A DNA stretch of 63,404 bases, counting the filler, from Scyliorhinus canicula (taxonomy: Eukaryota): NCBI RefSeq assembly GCF_902713615.1. It is 4 parts of 4 records of this genome, joined end to end, with 100 filler letters (N's around TTAATTAATTAA, not from the genome) between each part and the next. Parts side by side here need not be neighbours in the genome. Positions count along the whole stretch, not along the records: positions 1 to 30,026 come from NW_024056014.1; 3 more parts are not named here. One strand, written 5' to 3'. The position numbers and the translations under genes are program-made. This document shows, piece by piece, positions 1 to 12,429 of the stretch (its first letter is position 1; every line of letters begins with the position of its first letter). The notes under the pieces are model-generated. The model ran no database searches. It worked only from the letters and a program-made list of their open reading frames with translations, and had not been told where the DNA came from.

Positions 1-44
1 CAGGCGTCCAGGCTTGATCGTTACTGTTCTTAAGTCGATTAAAT

Positions 45-301
45 TGATGGAACCATCAATTCACCAGACACGTGTTTCCGATATGAATCTAGGCTTTAAT
101 CGACTTACTTCAAAACCAGCCTGTTACCCGTTGATGAACACTTAGTGAACTCAGGCTGACGCTGGACAAGGGTATTTATACATCTGCACTAGGGGGAGGA
201 GTCGTGGGCGGAGCCAAGGGTGGAGCCCAGTACAAGTTCCTGAGTACTCCCAGAGCTACTCCCCCTAGTGGTAGGATAGCGCTACTGCGCTTATAAAGAC
301 A
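45..301 (-). mobile_element. LTR of an LTR retrotransposon (probably the 5' LTR; internal region runs off the window start)
   Basis: Minus strand reads TGTC...CATCA, with TATAAA (plus 174-180) and ATTAAA inside; followed directly by a PBS-position sequence ATTTAATCGACTTA. Confidence 0.6.
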
Positions 302-345
302 GTGTGAATGATCATATATACATATATATATTACATTCACCACAG

Positions 346-640
346 TGTCCACTCGGATGTCGTGTTCATTCAACCAGAGGCAGACAGTCAACAAACCGTA
401 AGACTGGCCTGCAGAAGCAGCGGGGTCAGTCTTGGAAATCAGCGAATGTCCTGGTACCGGCAGACTCCCGGTCAAGCCCTGCACTGGATACTTTCCTACT
501 GTAGCGAAGGCAGCAAGCAGTACAATCCACAGTTTTCGGGACGCTTTACTGCTTCCAAAGACCTTTCAAAGAATATATTCGCTCTGGATATCAAGGGCTT
601 GAGACCGGAAGGCAGCGCCATTTATTATTGTACGCGGGAC
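346..640 (+). CDS. IgH-like V gene segment exon (IgHV/TAILV type); leader not in window; probably non-functional
   Basis: Acceptor cacag at 341-345; open frame VHS-DVVFIQPE..RLAC..MSWYRQ..RFTASKDLSKNIFALDIKGL..AIYYCTRD with IgH-type FR3; FR1 about 3 aa short. Confidence 0.8.
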
Positions 641-679
641 AACAGTGAGACAGATCAGAGGCATACTTGTACAAAAACT
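641..679 (+). other. 23-RSS with defective heptamer
   Basis: AACAGTG + 23 bp + ACAAAAACT; the essential CAC is broken. Confidence 0.85.
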
Positions 680-1859
680 GTTCAAGTCCAAATCCAACAG
701 TTTCCGAACCCAGTGTGTGTTTCCTTTCACCATTACCTTATGTCTGCTTCTTGGCGCGGGACCTTCAGTTTCTTGGTCTCTGCTCAGCAAATCTTCGGCC
801 AACAGTCCCAGTTTGTCCGTGTTCACTCCCTCAACGCTTCTGATGATTTGTAACCTTCTATCAAATCATTATTTAACCTTTAATATAACGAACAGGCGAG
901 CTCCAGTTTCACCAGCTTGTCTCCAGAAGCGACTTTCGTAACTGTTACTATTCCAGTAAATCTCTTCAGCACTCTCTAACATCCTCCATACATTTGTGTT
1001 CCCAGAACTCGGAAGGATGCTGCAGATTTGAGTAACCAATGTTTTCCAAAGTGTCACCACAACTTCTTTGCATTTGTAGTTGGCACAAAGTAGACAACAT
1101 CTGATAGGGTTGAACGTTAATCAGCAAAACCTACAATTAAGATCTCCACTCTGTAATGGATACCATGAAACCGCTATCGATTTCCCTAACCACCCATCTA
1201 GTTTAAGGAAAGAGTTGACATGTGGATCAACCAGGATCGAATGGCCTACTCCTGCTCATTTTCTATGCGAACAAGTCTAGCATGTGATGTTGGGCAGTAT
1301 GGTGGCCCAATGGTTAGCACTGCTGCCTCCAGCGCTGAGGACGCGCGTTCGATCCCGGCTCAAATAATTCAGTACTTGAAATTCCGTTTTAAAAAATGCG
1401 ATGTTTTATCAAGCATCATTGGCATGTGCGCATGCGCAGTATAAGCATGTATTCCTGAACTGTGAGATTAAGCTAACGCGCCAATAAAAAAATACGATTT
1501 TAAAAAATAATCTTTATTAGTGTCACAAGTAGGCTTACATTAACAGTGCAATGAAGTTACTGTTAAAACCCCCTAGTCGCCACATTCCGGCGCCTGTTCG
1601 GGTACACTGAGGGAGAATTCAGAATGTCTTGGATCGGCATCTGAAGCGCTGCAAGCTGCAAGGCTACTGATCAAATGCTGGAAAGTGACTTTAAAATGAC
1701 CGGCAATAACTAACATTCCAACTCCCAAAGCCTGCCCACAAGGAGCACATCGGAATTCCGATGGAATACTCTTCACTTGCTGGGATCAGCGCCATTTCAA
1801 CAACACCCAAGATGCTCGACAAAATCCAACTTGGTAATCATAGGCCAGTTCGCTTAACT

Positions 1860-3170
1860 TCGGTAGTAGGGAAGATGTTGGAATCTACCATCAAGAAAAA
1901 ATAGCGAGGCATCTGGATGGAAATTGGCCCATTCCGGCAGACGCAGCATGGGTTCATAAAGGGCAGGTCGTGCCTAACTAATTTCGTTAATTTTTTTGAG
2001 GACATTACCAGTGCGGTAGGTAGCTAGGAGCCAATGGATGTGGTATACCTGGATTTCCAGAAATTGACAAGATGCCACACAAAAGGTTGCTGCACAAGAT
2101 AAAGGTGCATGGCATTAAGGGTAAAGTAGTAGCATGGGTAGAGGATTGGTTAATTACTAGAAAGCAAAGAGTGGGGATTAATAGGTGTTTCTCTGGTTGG
2201 CCATCATTAGCTAGTGGTGTCCCTCAGGGACCAGTGCTGGGCCCACAATTGTTCACAATTTACATAGATGATTTGGAGTTGGGGACAGAGGGCAATGTGT
2301 CCAAGTTTGCAGACGACACTAAGATGAGTGGTAAAGACAAAAGTGCAGAGGATACCAAAAGTTTGCAGAGGGATTTGGATAGGTTAAGTGAATGGGCTAT
2401 GGTCTGGCAGATGGAATACAATGTTGGCAAATAAGAGGGTATCAATTTTGTTGAAATAACAGCAAAAGGAATATGATTTAAATGATAAAATATTAAAACA
2501 TGCTGCTGGTCAGGGAGACCTGCTAGTGGATGAGTCGCAAAAAGTTGGATACAGGTGCAACAGGTGATTAAGAAGGCAAATGGAATTTTGTCCTTCATTG
2601 CTAGAGGGATAGAGTTTAAGACTAGGGAGATTATGCTGCAATTGTATAAGGTTTTAGTGAGGCCACACCTGGAGTATTGTGCTCAGTTTTGGTCTCCTTA
2701 TCTGAGAAAGGACGTATTTGCGCTGGAGGGTGTGCAGAGGAGATTCACTAGGTTAATCCCAGATCTGAAGGGGTTGGATTACGGGGAGAGGTTGAGTAGG
2801 CTGGGACTGTACTCGTCGGAATTTAGAAGGATAAGGGGGATCTTATAGAAACATATAAAATTATGAAGGGAATAGATGATATAGATGCGGGCAGGTTGTT
2901 TCCACTGGCCGGAGAAAGCAGAACTAGGGGCCATAGCCTCAAAATAAGGGGAAGTAGATTCAGGGCTGAGTTTAAGAGGAACTTCTTCACCCAAAGGTTT
3001 GTGGATCTATGGAATTCCTTGCCCAGTGAAGCAGTGGAGGCGCCTTCATTAAATATTTTTAAGATAACGATCGATAGTTTTTTGAAGAATAAGAGGTTTA
3101 AGGGTTATGGTGTTCCGGCCGGCAAGTGGAGCTGAATCCACAATAGATCAGGTATGATCTCATTGAATGG
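1860..3170 (+). mobile_element. CR1-type LINE, 5'-truncated, degenerate RT and 3' end
   Basis: GVPQGPVLGPQLF, KFADDTK, LVRPHLEYCAQFW, TRGHSLKI and FFTQRFVDLWNSLP motifs spread over frameshifted ORFs. Confidence 0.9.
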
Positions 3171-3266
3171 CTGAGGAGGCTCGAGCGGCTGACTGGTTCT
3201 TTATCCAATACCTTAAACATTCACTTCCTCCACCAGGAGTGTGTATTGGTTCAGCGTGTACCACCA

Positions 3267-3469
3267 GGGGCTGGTTTAGCTAGGGGCTGGTTTAGCTCAC
3301 TCGGCTAAATCGCTGGCTTTTAAAGCAGACCAAGCAGGCCAGCAGCACGGTTCAATTCCCGTACCAGCCTCCCCGGACAGGCGCCGGAATGTGGCGACTA
3401 GGGGCTTTTCACAGTAAATTCATTGAAGCCTACTCGTGACAATAAGCGATTTTCATTTCATTTCATTTC
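3267..3469 (+). mobile_element. tRNA-derived SINE (GGGGCTGGTTTAGC head, CATTT tail); further copies near 9707, 11386, 21853, 22944, 27905, 30510, 47946 and 60496
   Basis: Near-identical ~180 bp sequence recurs at least 9 times in both orientations, with A-box/B-box-like head and simple-repeat tail. Confidence 0.85.
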
Positions 3470-4091
3470 ACCTGCAAGGTTCACTGAAGCAAGTCACCAA
3501 GTCTCATTTGATAATGCTTTGAATGCTGCAAACTCTACTCTCTGGAAAGACAAGAACAGCAGATACCCGGGGACATCCCCACTTGGACGTTGCTCTCGCA
3601 AGTCATTATCCTGACGTGGAAAAGTGTTGCCGTTATTTGAAAGTCCTGGAACACATTTCTGAATAGCACCGTGAGCCTAATAAATCACAGAGATCGTGAC
3701 GGTTCAAAAAGGCAGCTTCACATAACCAGTTCATGGGTGATTATGAATCTCTGAGAGATAAAGCAACGTGTGTTGAAAAAGCAAAGAAAATGGCACCTGA
3801 GCCGTGAGGATAATCTGACTGGAGTCACCCATCCATATTTCTATCCAGAAAATGAGGAAAGTTGGATCCTTGAGAACAAATTGACCGCGGTTAAAAATGA
3901 TTGCATGAAGGTACCTGAGCTTCCGGATCACAATAACCTGGCGCTGTTTCGAACGCACCAACTAGTCTTTAAACCCGGAACCATCCTCTCTGTGAACACA
4001 GTGGCTGCAACCCAGCTTCGGTTGTTTCTAATCACTGCCAGCAGATAGGCACCGACCCCTATCTGATGGCACCACTGGGGTCACACGGAAC

Positions 4092-4099
4092 TGACGTGA
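4092..4099. promoter_or_regulatory. CRE-like motif upstream of V leader
   Basis: TGACGTGA 100 bp 5' of the ATG; perfect TGACGTCA sits upstream of two other V genes in the window. Confidence 0.5.
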
Positions 4100-4191
4100 C
4101 AAGCTCCTGACATCCACCAGCAGATTATTGAGAGCGGCGATTGGACAGACTGTCTTCAAATATCCAGCTCCCCTTTTACAGAGCAGTGACT

Positions 4192-4647
4192 ATGTTCATC
4201 CTCCTGGTTGTGTGGGGAGCATTACTGGCAGGTAATTTTATAATGCATCCGTTTCATCGTTGCAATCATGTCCAGCCCATGGTTTGAATTAAATATTAAA
4301 CATATGTTGTCCGATTTCGATACGTTTGTTTTTTCCAGATCTGAGCCATGGTGATTCTGTCACTCAGCCTATCTCCTCGGAGGTTAAGACAGAAGGAGGA
4401 GGGGTGACTTTAAACTGTACCTATGATACTACTTTGAGCAGCTATAGCTTACTCTGGTACCGACAACACCCAGCCACTCAGCCCACATATATAATCAGGA
4501 AAGATTCTGATGGTTATGAAGACAAAGCAGGTTTTGCTGAAGATCGTTTCTCTGTCGATCTCCAGACATCGAAGAAATTCATCAGTTTAAGTATATCGAG
4601 GCTGAAGCTGACTGACACTGCCGTGTATTATTGCGCTTTCTGGGACA
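4192..4647 (+). CDS. TCR alpha/delta V gene, intact: join(4192..4231,4339..4647)
   Basis: Leader MFILLVVWGALLA/gtaat; ttttccag acceptor; DSVTQ..TLNC..LLWYRQ..DTAVYYCAFWD. Confidence 0.93.
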
Positions 4648-4686
4648 CACAGTGATAAAAAGCAGCAGCATCCCAGTACAAAAACT
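4648..4686 (+). other. 23-RSS, canonical
   Basis: CACAGTG + 23 bp + ACAAAAACT. Confidence 0.95.
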
Positions 4687-5789
4687 GTAGGTGGAAACTG
4701 CAGACTGTTGAAGCATTTTGAGGATCGCGGTCTGCTGCAGCTAAATGAGCTGTCAACCACTCAGACACACAGAGAGGAAACCACATCAACCTCCCATCAA
4801 ACTGTCAACTAACTGTATCCAGAATGGGCTGAGAAAACAAACTGATGAACACAATCCGATGAACCGACATATCAGAGAATCATAATTTATTAGATTTCCT
4901 CCAATCCCCACTCTTTCTAACCTGCTGCGGTGTGAGACTGGCCTTTGGTGAGCAGAATGTCACTGAATGTCCATTACGAACTGTGGTACTATTTCCTTGC
5001 AAAAGCAAAAGTTTCATTATAACCAACAAAACTACCTGCACTGCAAGCATTTCATTATAACAAACAAACCCACCAACATTACAACCCTAATGCCAACCTA
5101 TTCCTAAACTACAACCTGCCCCAACCATAGTCTTAGAATAAGAGGTAGCAAATTTAAAACAGAGTTGAGGGGAAACTACTTCTCCCAAAGGGTTGTGAAT
5201 CTGGAATTCAATACCCCACATTGCGGTGGATGCTGTTACAGTGAGTACATTTAAGCTGGTGTTAGGCAGATTTTGAATTTGTAATGTGTTGAATGGTTAT
5301 GGAAAACGGGCAGAATGCTGGAGTTAAAGCCAGGATGAGATTAGCCATGATTGAATGTTCCCGTACTATGGATGCCACCACCACTGACAGCATTTGCTAC
5401 CCATTCCTAATTGCCATTGAACTGGATGGTCTATTCGGCTTTTCCAGAGGGCATTGTGTAAACCACATTGCTGGTTGTCAGTCTGGAATCACAAGTATGC
5501 CAGGCCAGGAAGAATGGCATATTTATTCCCTAACGGACAGTGACGAAGCAGCTTGTTCTCTGCAACACCCAATGCTAATTACGAGCTATCCATGACAGAG
5601 GCTGCCTTTCATTACCTAAATTCAATTACACAAGCTGCCATGATCGGATCTGAACCCCTGTTTCAGAACATTAGCCTAGCTCTAGATTACTTGTCCAGTG
5701 GCACTACACCTCCTTCTGTCGCGCGAACATTGTTTAATTATTAAAATACTTCATGACATCATGACGAGCTTTAGGCAAGCATTCCGAAT

Positions 5790-6270
5790 GCTGTCTTGCC
5801 TACCTTGTCCACAGGTCTTGCCACCTTTAAAGATCTGTGGACATGCACGCCCAGATCTCTCTGACTTTCTATATTTCTGAGAGTTTTGCCATTAACGGTA
5901 TGTTTCCCCTCTATATTAGACCTACCAAAATGCATTAACTCGCATCTGTGCTGATTAAACTCCATTTGCCATTTATCTGCCCAAGTCTCCAACCTATCTA
6001 TGTCCTGCTGTATGGTCGGACAATCCTCACCCATATCTGCCACTCCACCAACTTTGGTGTCATCCGCAAATTTACTAATCAGACCAGTTACATTTTCCTC
6101 CAATTCTTTTATGTACACTACAAACAATAGAGGCCCAAGCACCGATCCCTGTGGAACACCACTAGCCACAACCTTCCATTCAGAAAAACACCCTTCTACT
6201 GCTATCCTTTGCCTTCTGTGGCAGAGCCAGTTCTGTATCCATCCTGCCACCTCACCTCTGATCCCGTGTG
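5790..6270 (-). mobile_element. CR1-type LINE RT fragment
   Basis: GVPQGSVLGPLLF, SKFADDTK and WQMEFN motifs. Confidence 0.88.
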
Positions 6271-6499
6271 GCAGATAAAAAAACATTTTTAACGTTTGCG
6301 GAAAGAGCGGTGGGTGGGGGCAAATGATAGCCCTGTCATCTCTCAACACTGACACATTGTGCGTTAATTGCAGTATCCTTCAATGGTGCTATAATGAAGA
6401 GATGGAATTATTGTTTACTGATATCGCCCGTATCAAATTACTTTCTATTTATTTATTATGTGAAAGATTGGGTTATTCAGGTTCCATTAAATAACCTAG

Positions 6500-6773
6500 A
6501 TCATCAGCATTATTTGTGGAGAATGACTGAATGGTGTTGACCTGTTCGGACTCCACATACAGCCGCCGATATGATCTGCTCTGGTATCGACAAAATCTGG
6601 GGAACAGCCGGTATGTTTAAACAGAAGGAATCCTGATGGGGGACTAGAGAAAGTGGAGCATGCGGGAGACCGATTCCTTCAACACTCTGAGTATGAGTTG
6701 TACAGCTGAGTGACAGTGGGACCTTTTACTCTGTGCTGAATATTCACAGTGATAAAGGCCCCGTACAGAAACT
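6500..6773 (+). pseudogene. TCR V pseudogene with a 13-bp-spacer RSS
   Basis: VLTCSDST..DLLWYRQN, in-frame TAA, QLSDSGTFY, then CACAGTG (6745-6751) + 13 bp + ACAGAAACT (6765-6773). Confidence 0.75.
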
Positions 6774-7108
6774 AGCTGGATATAACATAACCCTAGTGAT
6801 AGGAGTTCATTTTGTGATCACTGAATCTTCACCTCTTGCAGAATCAGAATCAGACACCGACCATTTCCGCGTGTGTGAATAACGTAAATAAAGCGTTACC
6901 CGATGTAAAAAGGGCAATACCCAATGATTGAGTTTCTGAACAAAATAGGTAGAGAGAAAGGCAAGGAAGAGTAAATATAAAGAGAGAATAAGGCAGAGAT
7001 AAAAAGTGAGCAGAAGGCTGTGAGATGTGAAGAGACAGTGGTGGACGCAAAGATCGATTGACGACGGAGGTAGAATGAGAAAGCCAGAAAATGTGTGGAG
7101 AGATGGAG

Positions 7109-7116
7109 ATATATAT

Positions 7117-7148
<32 letters not shown>
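7109..7148. repeat. (TA)n microsatellite
   Basis: Direct reading. Confidence 0.95.
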
Positions 7149-7153
<5 letters not shown>

Positions 7154-8065
7154 GGAGAGAAAGCGAAACAAGGACAGAGACAGCTTCGCAATTTTCAGTA
7201 ATCTGATTCGATTTCTGATTTCCAGCGAAGTGTGATTTCATCTTGACCAATTATGTGATTTCAATGTGACTCATTAGGATGCTACTAATGAGCCGGCATT
7301 GAGCTACCAGCTGCCGCATTGCAGAAACCGCTTGATTAACTGTTCTGGATGAAAATAGGGAACTAAATAGTTAACAGGTGCGCATCTCTCAGATACTGCC
7401 GTTTGAATGTGGGGAATGTGCTGATTTTTGGAAAATGAGAATCTTTGGACAGTTTATGTCACGGCCCCATTACTAATTGACAGCTGTTGTTACTGAATCA
7501 CAACAACGTGTGAATCAAAGATTAGAGAAGTTCAACCTCGTGCACAACATAAGTTAGCAAACGCGATAAGATTTTTTATTTTTAAATCTAAATGTGTTCC
7601 ATGCATTCCTAGGTTTCCAAAAACATCTTTTATTCTCTTCACAGAACTGCATTTCTGACCTTTTACGAAAAAAATGATCATTATTCTTCTATCTCTCTCT
7701 CCCTTTCCCTCTCTATTTCTGTCTCTGCATATTTCTCCGCCACTCCACCTACAGCTGAATAATTCGAATTAGCCAGATTAAAACTGGAGAAGGCCGATCA
7801 GCCCCCCGAATCCGCTCTGCCATTCCATAGGAGGATTGTCCGTCAACTCATGTGTGCTCACTGAATGGCTGCCTCCATCGGCAAAACTTTATCTGAACTT
7901 CAGCTGACCCAGGGCCCATATTTGAATCTGGTTTAAATATAAGGTGAGTTTGCCTGCAAACAATGCGAGAGGAAGTGATTTTTACCAAGATTCCCCTGAC
8001 AGAAGCTGTTCTGTTTCGGATTTGATTTCATAAAGGGAGTGAAAGGCTTGGGCCCGGTAGCGGCC

Positions 8066-8536
8066 ATGCAGATATTCAGAGCCTGGATTGTGTTTGGCCT
8101 ATTTATTGGCGGTCAGAATTACTCCAATCGTGTCACATTCAAACTAAAGTGTTAATATTGTTTAACTGGCACCATTTAATTCTTGATCTTGTCTTGTTCC
8201 TGAACTCTACACATCTGAGTGATGAAGATTCTGTTACTCAGCCCTAGGCATCGAAGAGTGGGAATAAAGGAATTCCGTGACTCTAAAATGACCTATAGTA
8301 CTACGGAAGAGGGTATTATATATATTGGTACTTGCAGCAACCAGCGAAGGAGCCCGTTTATTGTGTGGAGACGGTCTTGGGATGTTGTGGAGGTTCGGGA
8401 TTAGGAAATAATCCAGCTGTCAGACTCCGCTGGAAGTTTAAACGTCACGGAATTGCAGGCGATTAACACTGCCGTGTATTACTGCTCTCCCTGAGACTCA
8501 CACTGATATAAAACATGACCAGACTGTACAAAAACT
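8066..8536 (+). pseudogene. TCR alpha/delta V pseudogene
   Basis: Leader MQIFRAWIVFGLFIG/gtcag; acceptor AG mutated to AC; DSVTQP followed by a stop and frameshifts; YWYLQQ; TAVYYC; CACACTG + 22 bp + ACAAAAACT. Confidence 0.85.
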
Positions 8537-10899
8537 GCCTTCCGATTGAAACTGCAGTTCCTGGCTGTTGAGGTTGTCTAGAATCTGGGACTGAGGCTGA
8601 CAGCCACGCAAACACACAAGGAGCGGAAACCTATTGCTGCCCTGCTAATCCCTGCAATGGACTCTGGCAGTAATCACATCTCTGGACACCGTCTCTGTTT
8701 ATATTAATCTCGACCCTGTATCAATAAACAGGGCGGTAGACACTTTCACGTTTCAATTAATCTAGACTCTGGAACAGTCATCATTGTTCTAGATCCTGTC
8801 TCGGATTAAGTTAATGCACGCTCTATATCTGTAGCCACTGCGTTAAAATCTGCCTGGGTGTGGATTAATTCGACGCTGTCCGGTAATCATTGCACGAGGT
8901 TTCCTCCCACAGTCAAAATATGTGCAGGCTAGGTTGGTTGGCCCACAGTAATAAGATGTGCAGGTTAGATGGATTGACTATGATAAATTGTTCCTTAGTG
9001 TCAAAACCTTTGTTGGTTACGGGGATAGGGCCAGGGAGTTTTTTTATATCCGTTCACTGGACATCGCTGGCTGTGCCAGCATTTATTGCCCATCCCTAAT
9101 TGCCCTTGGATTTGTATTTGTTTATTGTCACATGTACCGAGGTACAGTGAAAATTATTTTTCTGCGAGCAGCTCAACAGATCATTAAGAACATGGGAAGA
9201 AAAGAGAATAAAAGAAAATACATAATAGGGCAACACAAGGTGCACAATGTAACTCCATAAACCCTTGAGGAGGCAGTTAAGAGCCAACCACATTGCTGTG
9301 GGTCTGGAATCACATATACTCCAGACCTGGTAAGGACGGCGGATTTCCTTCACTCAAGGGTATTATTGAACCAGATGGGCATGCACGACAATGGTTTCAT
9401 AGTCATTGATTACACTTTTAATTCCAGATTTGTATTGAAATCCGGAATTGAACTTGGGATCCAGCCCAGCAGTCTGAGTCTTTGGGTAACTAGTCCAGTG
9501 ATAATACCACTACACCACCGCCTTCCCCTAATACACGGCACCATTCATCGGCTGCAATTCCATTTTGGTTAAACGTCCGGTGGAGTGGGCGGAAGTAGGG
9601 TGCTCTCTCAGGGGGCCGAATGGCTTCTTTCTGTACTGTAGAAAATATATTTTACTGTACTGTACTGTACTGTAGAAAATATATACTGTACTGTAGAAAA
9701 TATAACCAGGGGCTGGTTTAGCTCACTCAGCTAAATCGCTGGCTTTTAAAGCAGACCAAGCAGGCCAGCTGCACGGTTCGGTTCCCGTACCACCCTCCCC
9801 GAACAGGCGCCGGAATGTGGCGACTAGGGGCTTTTCACAGTAACTTCATTGAAGCCTACTCGTGACAATAAGCGATTTTCATTTCATATTCCAGTCTCCG
9901 CATTTGTAGTGACTTCAATAGACCATTGTCTCAGCTTATATCAGTATCAGTATTTTCTGCAAGAGATCCTGCCTTGGTTTATATTAGACTCTGTATCAGT
10001 ACTCACTGCACTAGCCCCGGTGTCATGTTATAGCACCCAGCCCCTGTGTCACTGTTCAATGCACTAGGTCCTGTCTCCGGTAGATTTAATTCACGCCCTG
10101 TGTCAGTGATGACTGCACCAGGCTCTGCTTCAGTTTTTGTTAATGCTAATATTGGACGTAATCAAAGTCGACGTAAAGATGTATCTTCCGTGATTTTTAT
10201 GTGTTTGTTCAATCAGATATTTGTTTTAGGTAAAGAGAGGAAGGATTCAGAGTTTTCAGCATGGGATAGATTTGATCTGTGTGAACGAAGATTGAAGCAT
10301 TCCCAGAAGAGAGAGCTGGCTGGGACAGAATGACTCTCCAATCTCTTGTGTCTTTACTTATCCATTAGCATTTCACTCTGTCTTTTACCGTCATCCGATT
10401 TGATATTTGGCCACTCTTGTCTCTCATCCTATCTCGAACCTTTTCCACTTCTGATGGAGGATCATCCGCCTGAAACCTTAACCCTACTTCTCTCTCCACA
10501 GAGGCCAACTGACCTACTGAGGATTTCCAGCATTTTGTGGTCTGTTACAGAAGTGACAAAATGGGTGAACTGATCATGTTTAGTGATTGTTGATGGCTGC
10601 CGGTCATTTCCGTGCTGCACTTGTGGTTAGGACACGTCGCTTTCATGGCCGTGGCCCAAGTTCAGTGGCCGGCCGCAGAATTAGCTTTTTCTTTCTGTTG
10701 TCTGAGCGGTTGCAATTCGAAAATGTAAACCAGGATACGTCTGGAGAGTGAGGAACATGGTTGCTATTCCAACTGCACGTTATTTTCACCAGAATTGTAA
10801 AAGTTTGAGATTTATGAAGTGAAAATCATGCACAAATCGGAGGGGAATCTGAGACAAATCTGAGACAAATTTTCAACTCATCGCTGGGCACAGCCGAGG

Positions 10900-11350
10900 T
10901 GCCAGGGGGCTCATGGACAGCTGATGTGGTACCATTATTCAAGGAGGGGAGTAGTGAAAAGTCTGTCAATTACAGGCCAGTTGCTCTAAAATGAGTGGTA
11001 GGAAAATTATTGGAATAAGGACTGAGGGAAAGATTTAACTCTAGTATGGAGAGGCAGAGATTAATCAAGGATAGTCAGCATGACTTTGTTACTGGAAGAT
11101 CATGTCCAACAAATTTGACTGAATTTTCTGAGGAGGTGCTTGGTATGTGGATGAGGGAAATGCGTTGATGTACTTTACATAGACTTCAGTAAGGATTTTG
11201 ACAAGATCCAGAATGGGATACTGATCAAGAACGTAATAAGAACCCATGGAGTACAGCAAAGTTTTCTTTCAGCATCCAAATCATTACAGCTAATTTTATT
11301 AGCGACAGGCTGTCTAACATTCACCGGTGTTGGGAACACAGGATATCTAG
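10900..11350 (+). mobile_element. CR1-type LINE fragment, degenerate
   Basis: Similar to the CR1 RT upstream region seen at 1860-2100 (NYRPV.L, SQHGF, DF.KAFDK-like). Confidence 0.7.
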
Positions 11351-12429
11351 ACTTTACAGTATATAACACAAAATCACAAGAATAATGAAATGAAAGAAAA
11401 CCGCTTATTGTCACGAGTAGTCTTCGATGAAATTACTGTGAAAAGCCCCTAGTCGCCACATTCCGGCGCCTGTTCGGGGAGGCTGGTACCGGAATTGAAC
11501 CGTGCTGCTGGCCTGCCTTGGTCTGCTTTAAAAACCAGCGATTTAGCCCAGTGTGCTAAACCAGTCCCTTTCTCCCTCCAACTCGTGCATGATTTTCACT
11601 TCTTAAACCTCTAACTTTTACAATTCTGGTGAATACATGCGTCATCTGCCATTGAAACAAATCATAAACTGATAATTGCTTCAGCAATTGGTAGCTATAC
11701 GAGGGACTGTTAAATAATCGAAATCCGTGCAAACTAAGCCGTACATTACTCAGTGCCAATCAGGTATAAGAGGCGTGTCAGGTTAAATAGTCAACTCTGG
11801 ATATCCAAATGAACTCCGAGGGTTCAAGCTGTTCCATTTATTTTTATAAACGTTATGATTCCCACTCATCCGACTGGGGCGATCAATAACACTGTCTAGG
11901 ACTCCTTGGTATTCTTTTTATTTATGAATTTGAAGTACCCAATTATTTTTTCTTCCCAATTAAGGGGCAATTTAGCGTGGCCAATCCACTTATCCTGCAC
12001 ATTGCCCCTAACAACAATATATTTCCCAGTGAGGATGATGTGAGGTTTGGGGCAAAAGTTTCAGGTGTTGGTGGTCCAATGTGTATGCTTCCCTTTCTTC
12101 TGTTTGATATAACACCAAGCTCTATGTCAGCTATCACTGCAACAGACAGTGCCTCTGTTTGTAATGCACTGTCCTATAATAGATATTCAAATCTATGAAG
12201 TACTGACATTGATGGTGGGTTATACAGAAGCCAAGGACAATTAAAAACCTCCCGATTTCATTTATTCTTATATACCACATGTTTCTCGAAGCTGAATGAA
12301 AGCTGCAATGCCAGTTGTGGGGTGCGATGCACGCAGACACAGAAACGTGCTCACCACTGTGCCACCATACCGTCCTGACTCCTTGATACACATAACGAAC
12401 TGGATTAAACAACTCGAATGATCAGTATT

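Noticed and set aside
341-347. CACAGTG at the V acceptor as a possible D-type RSS
   Set aside because: No nonamer at either spacing; explained by the splice site
700-790. J-like peptide SWRGTFSFLVSA after the IgH-like V
   Set aside because: No nonamer at 12 or 23 bp from CAGTGTG, the WGxG motif is incomplete, and there is no splice donor
6807-7250. Overlapping hydrophobic ORFs
   Set aside because: Produced by (TA)n and purine-rich low-complexity sequence
9960-10130. Degenerate ~29-bp tandem repeat and nearby CTGTACTGTAGAAAATAT repeats (9630-9705)
   Set aside because: Ordinary minisatellite and slippage beside a SINE; no further structure
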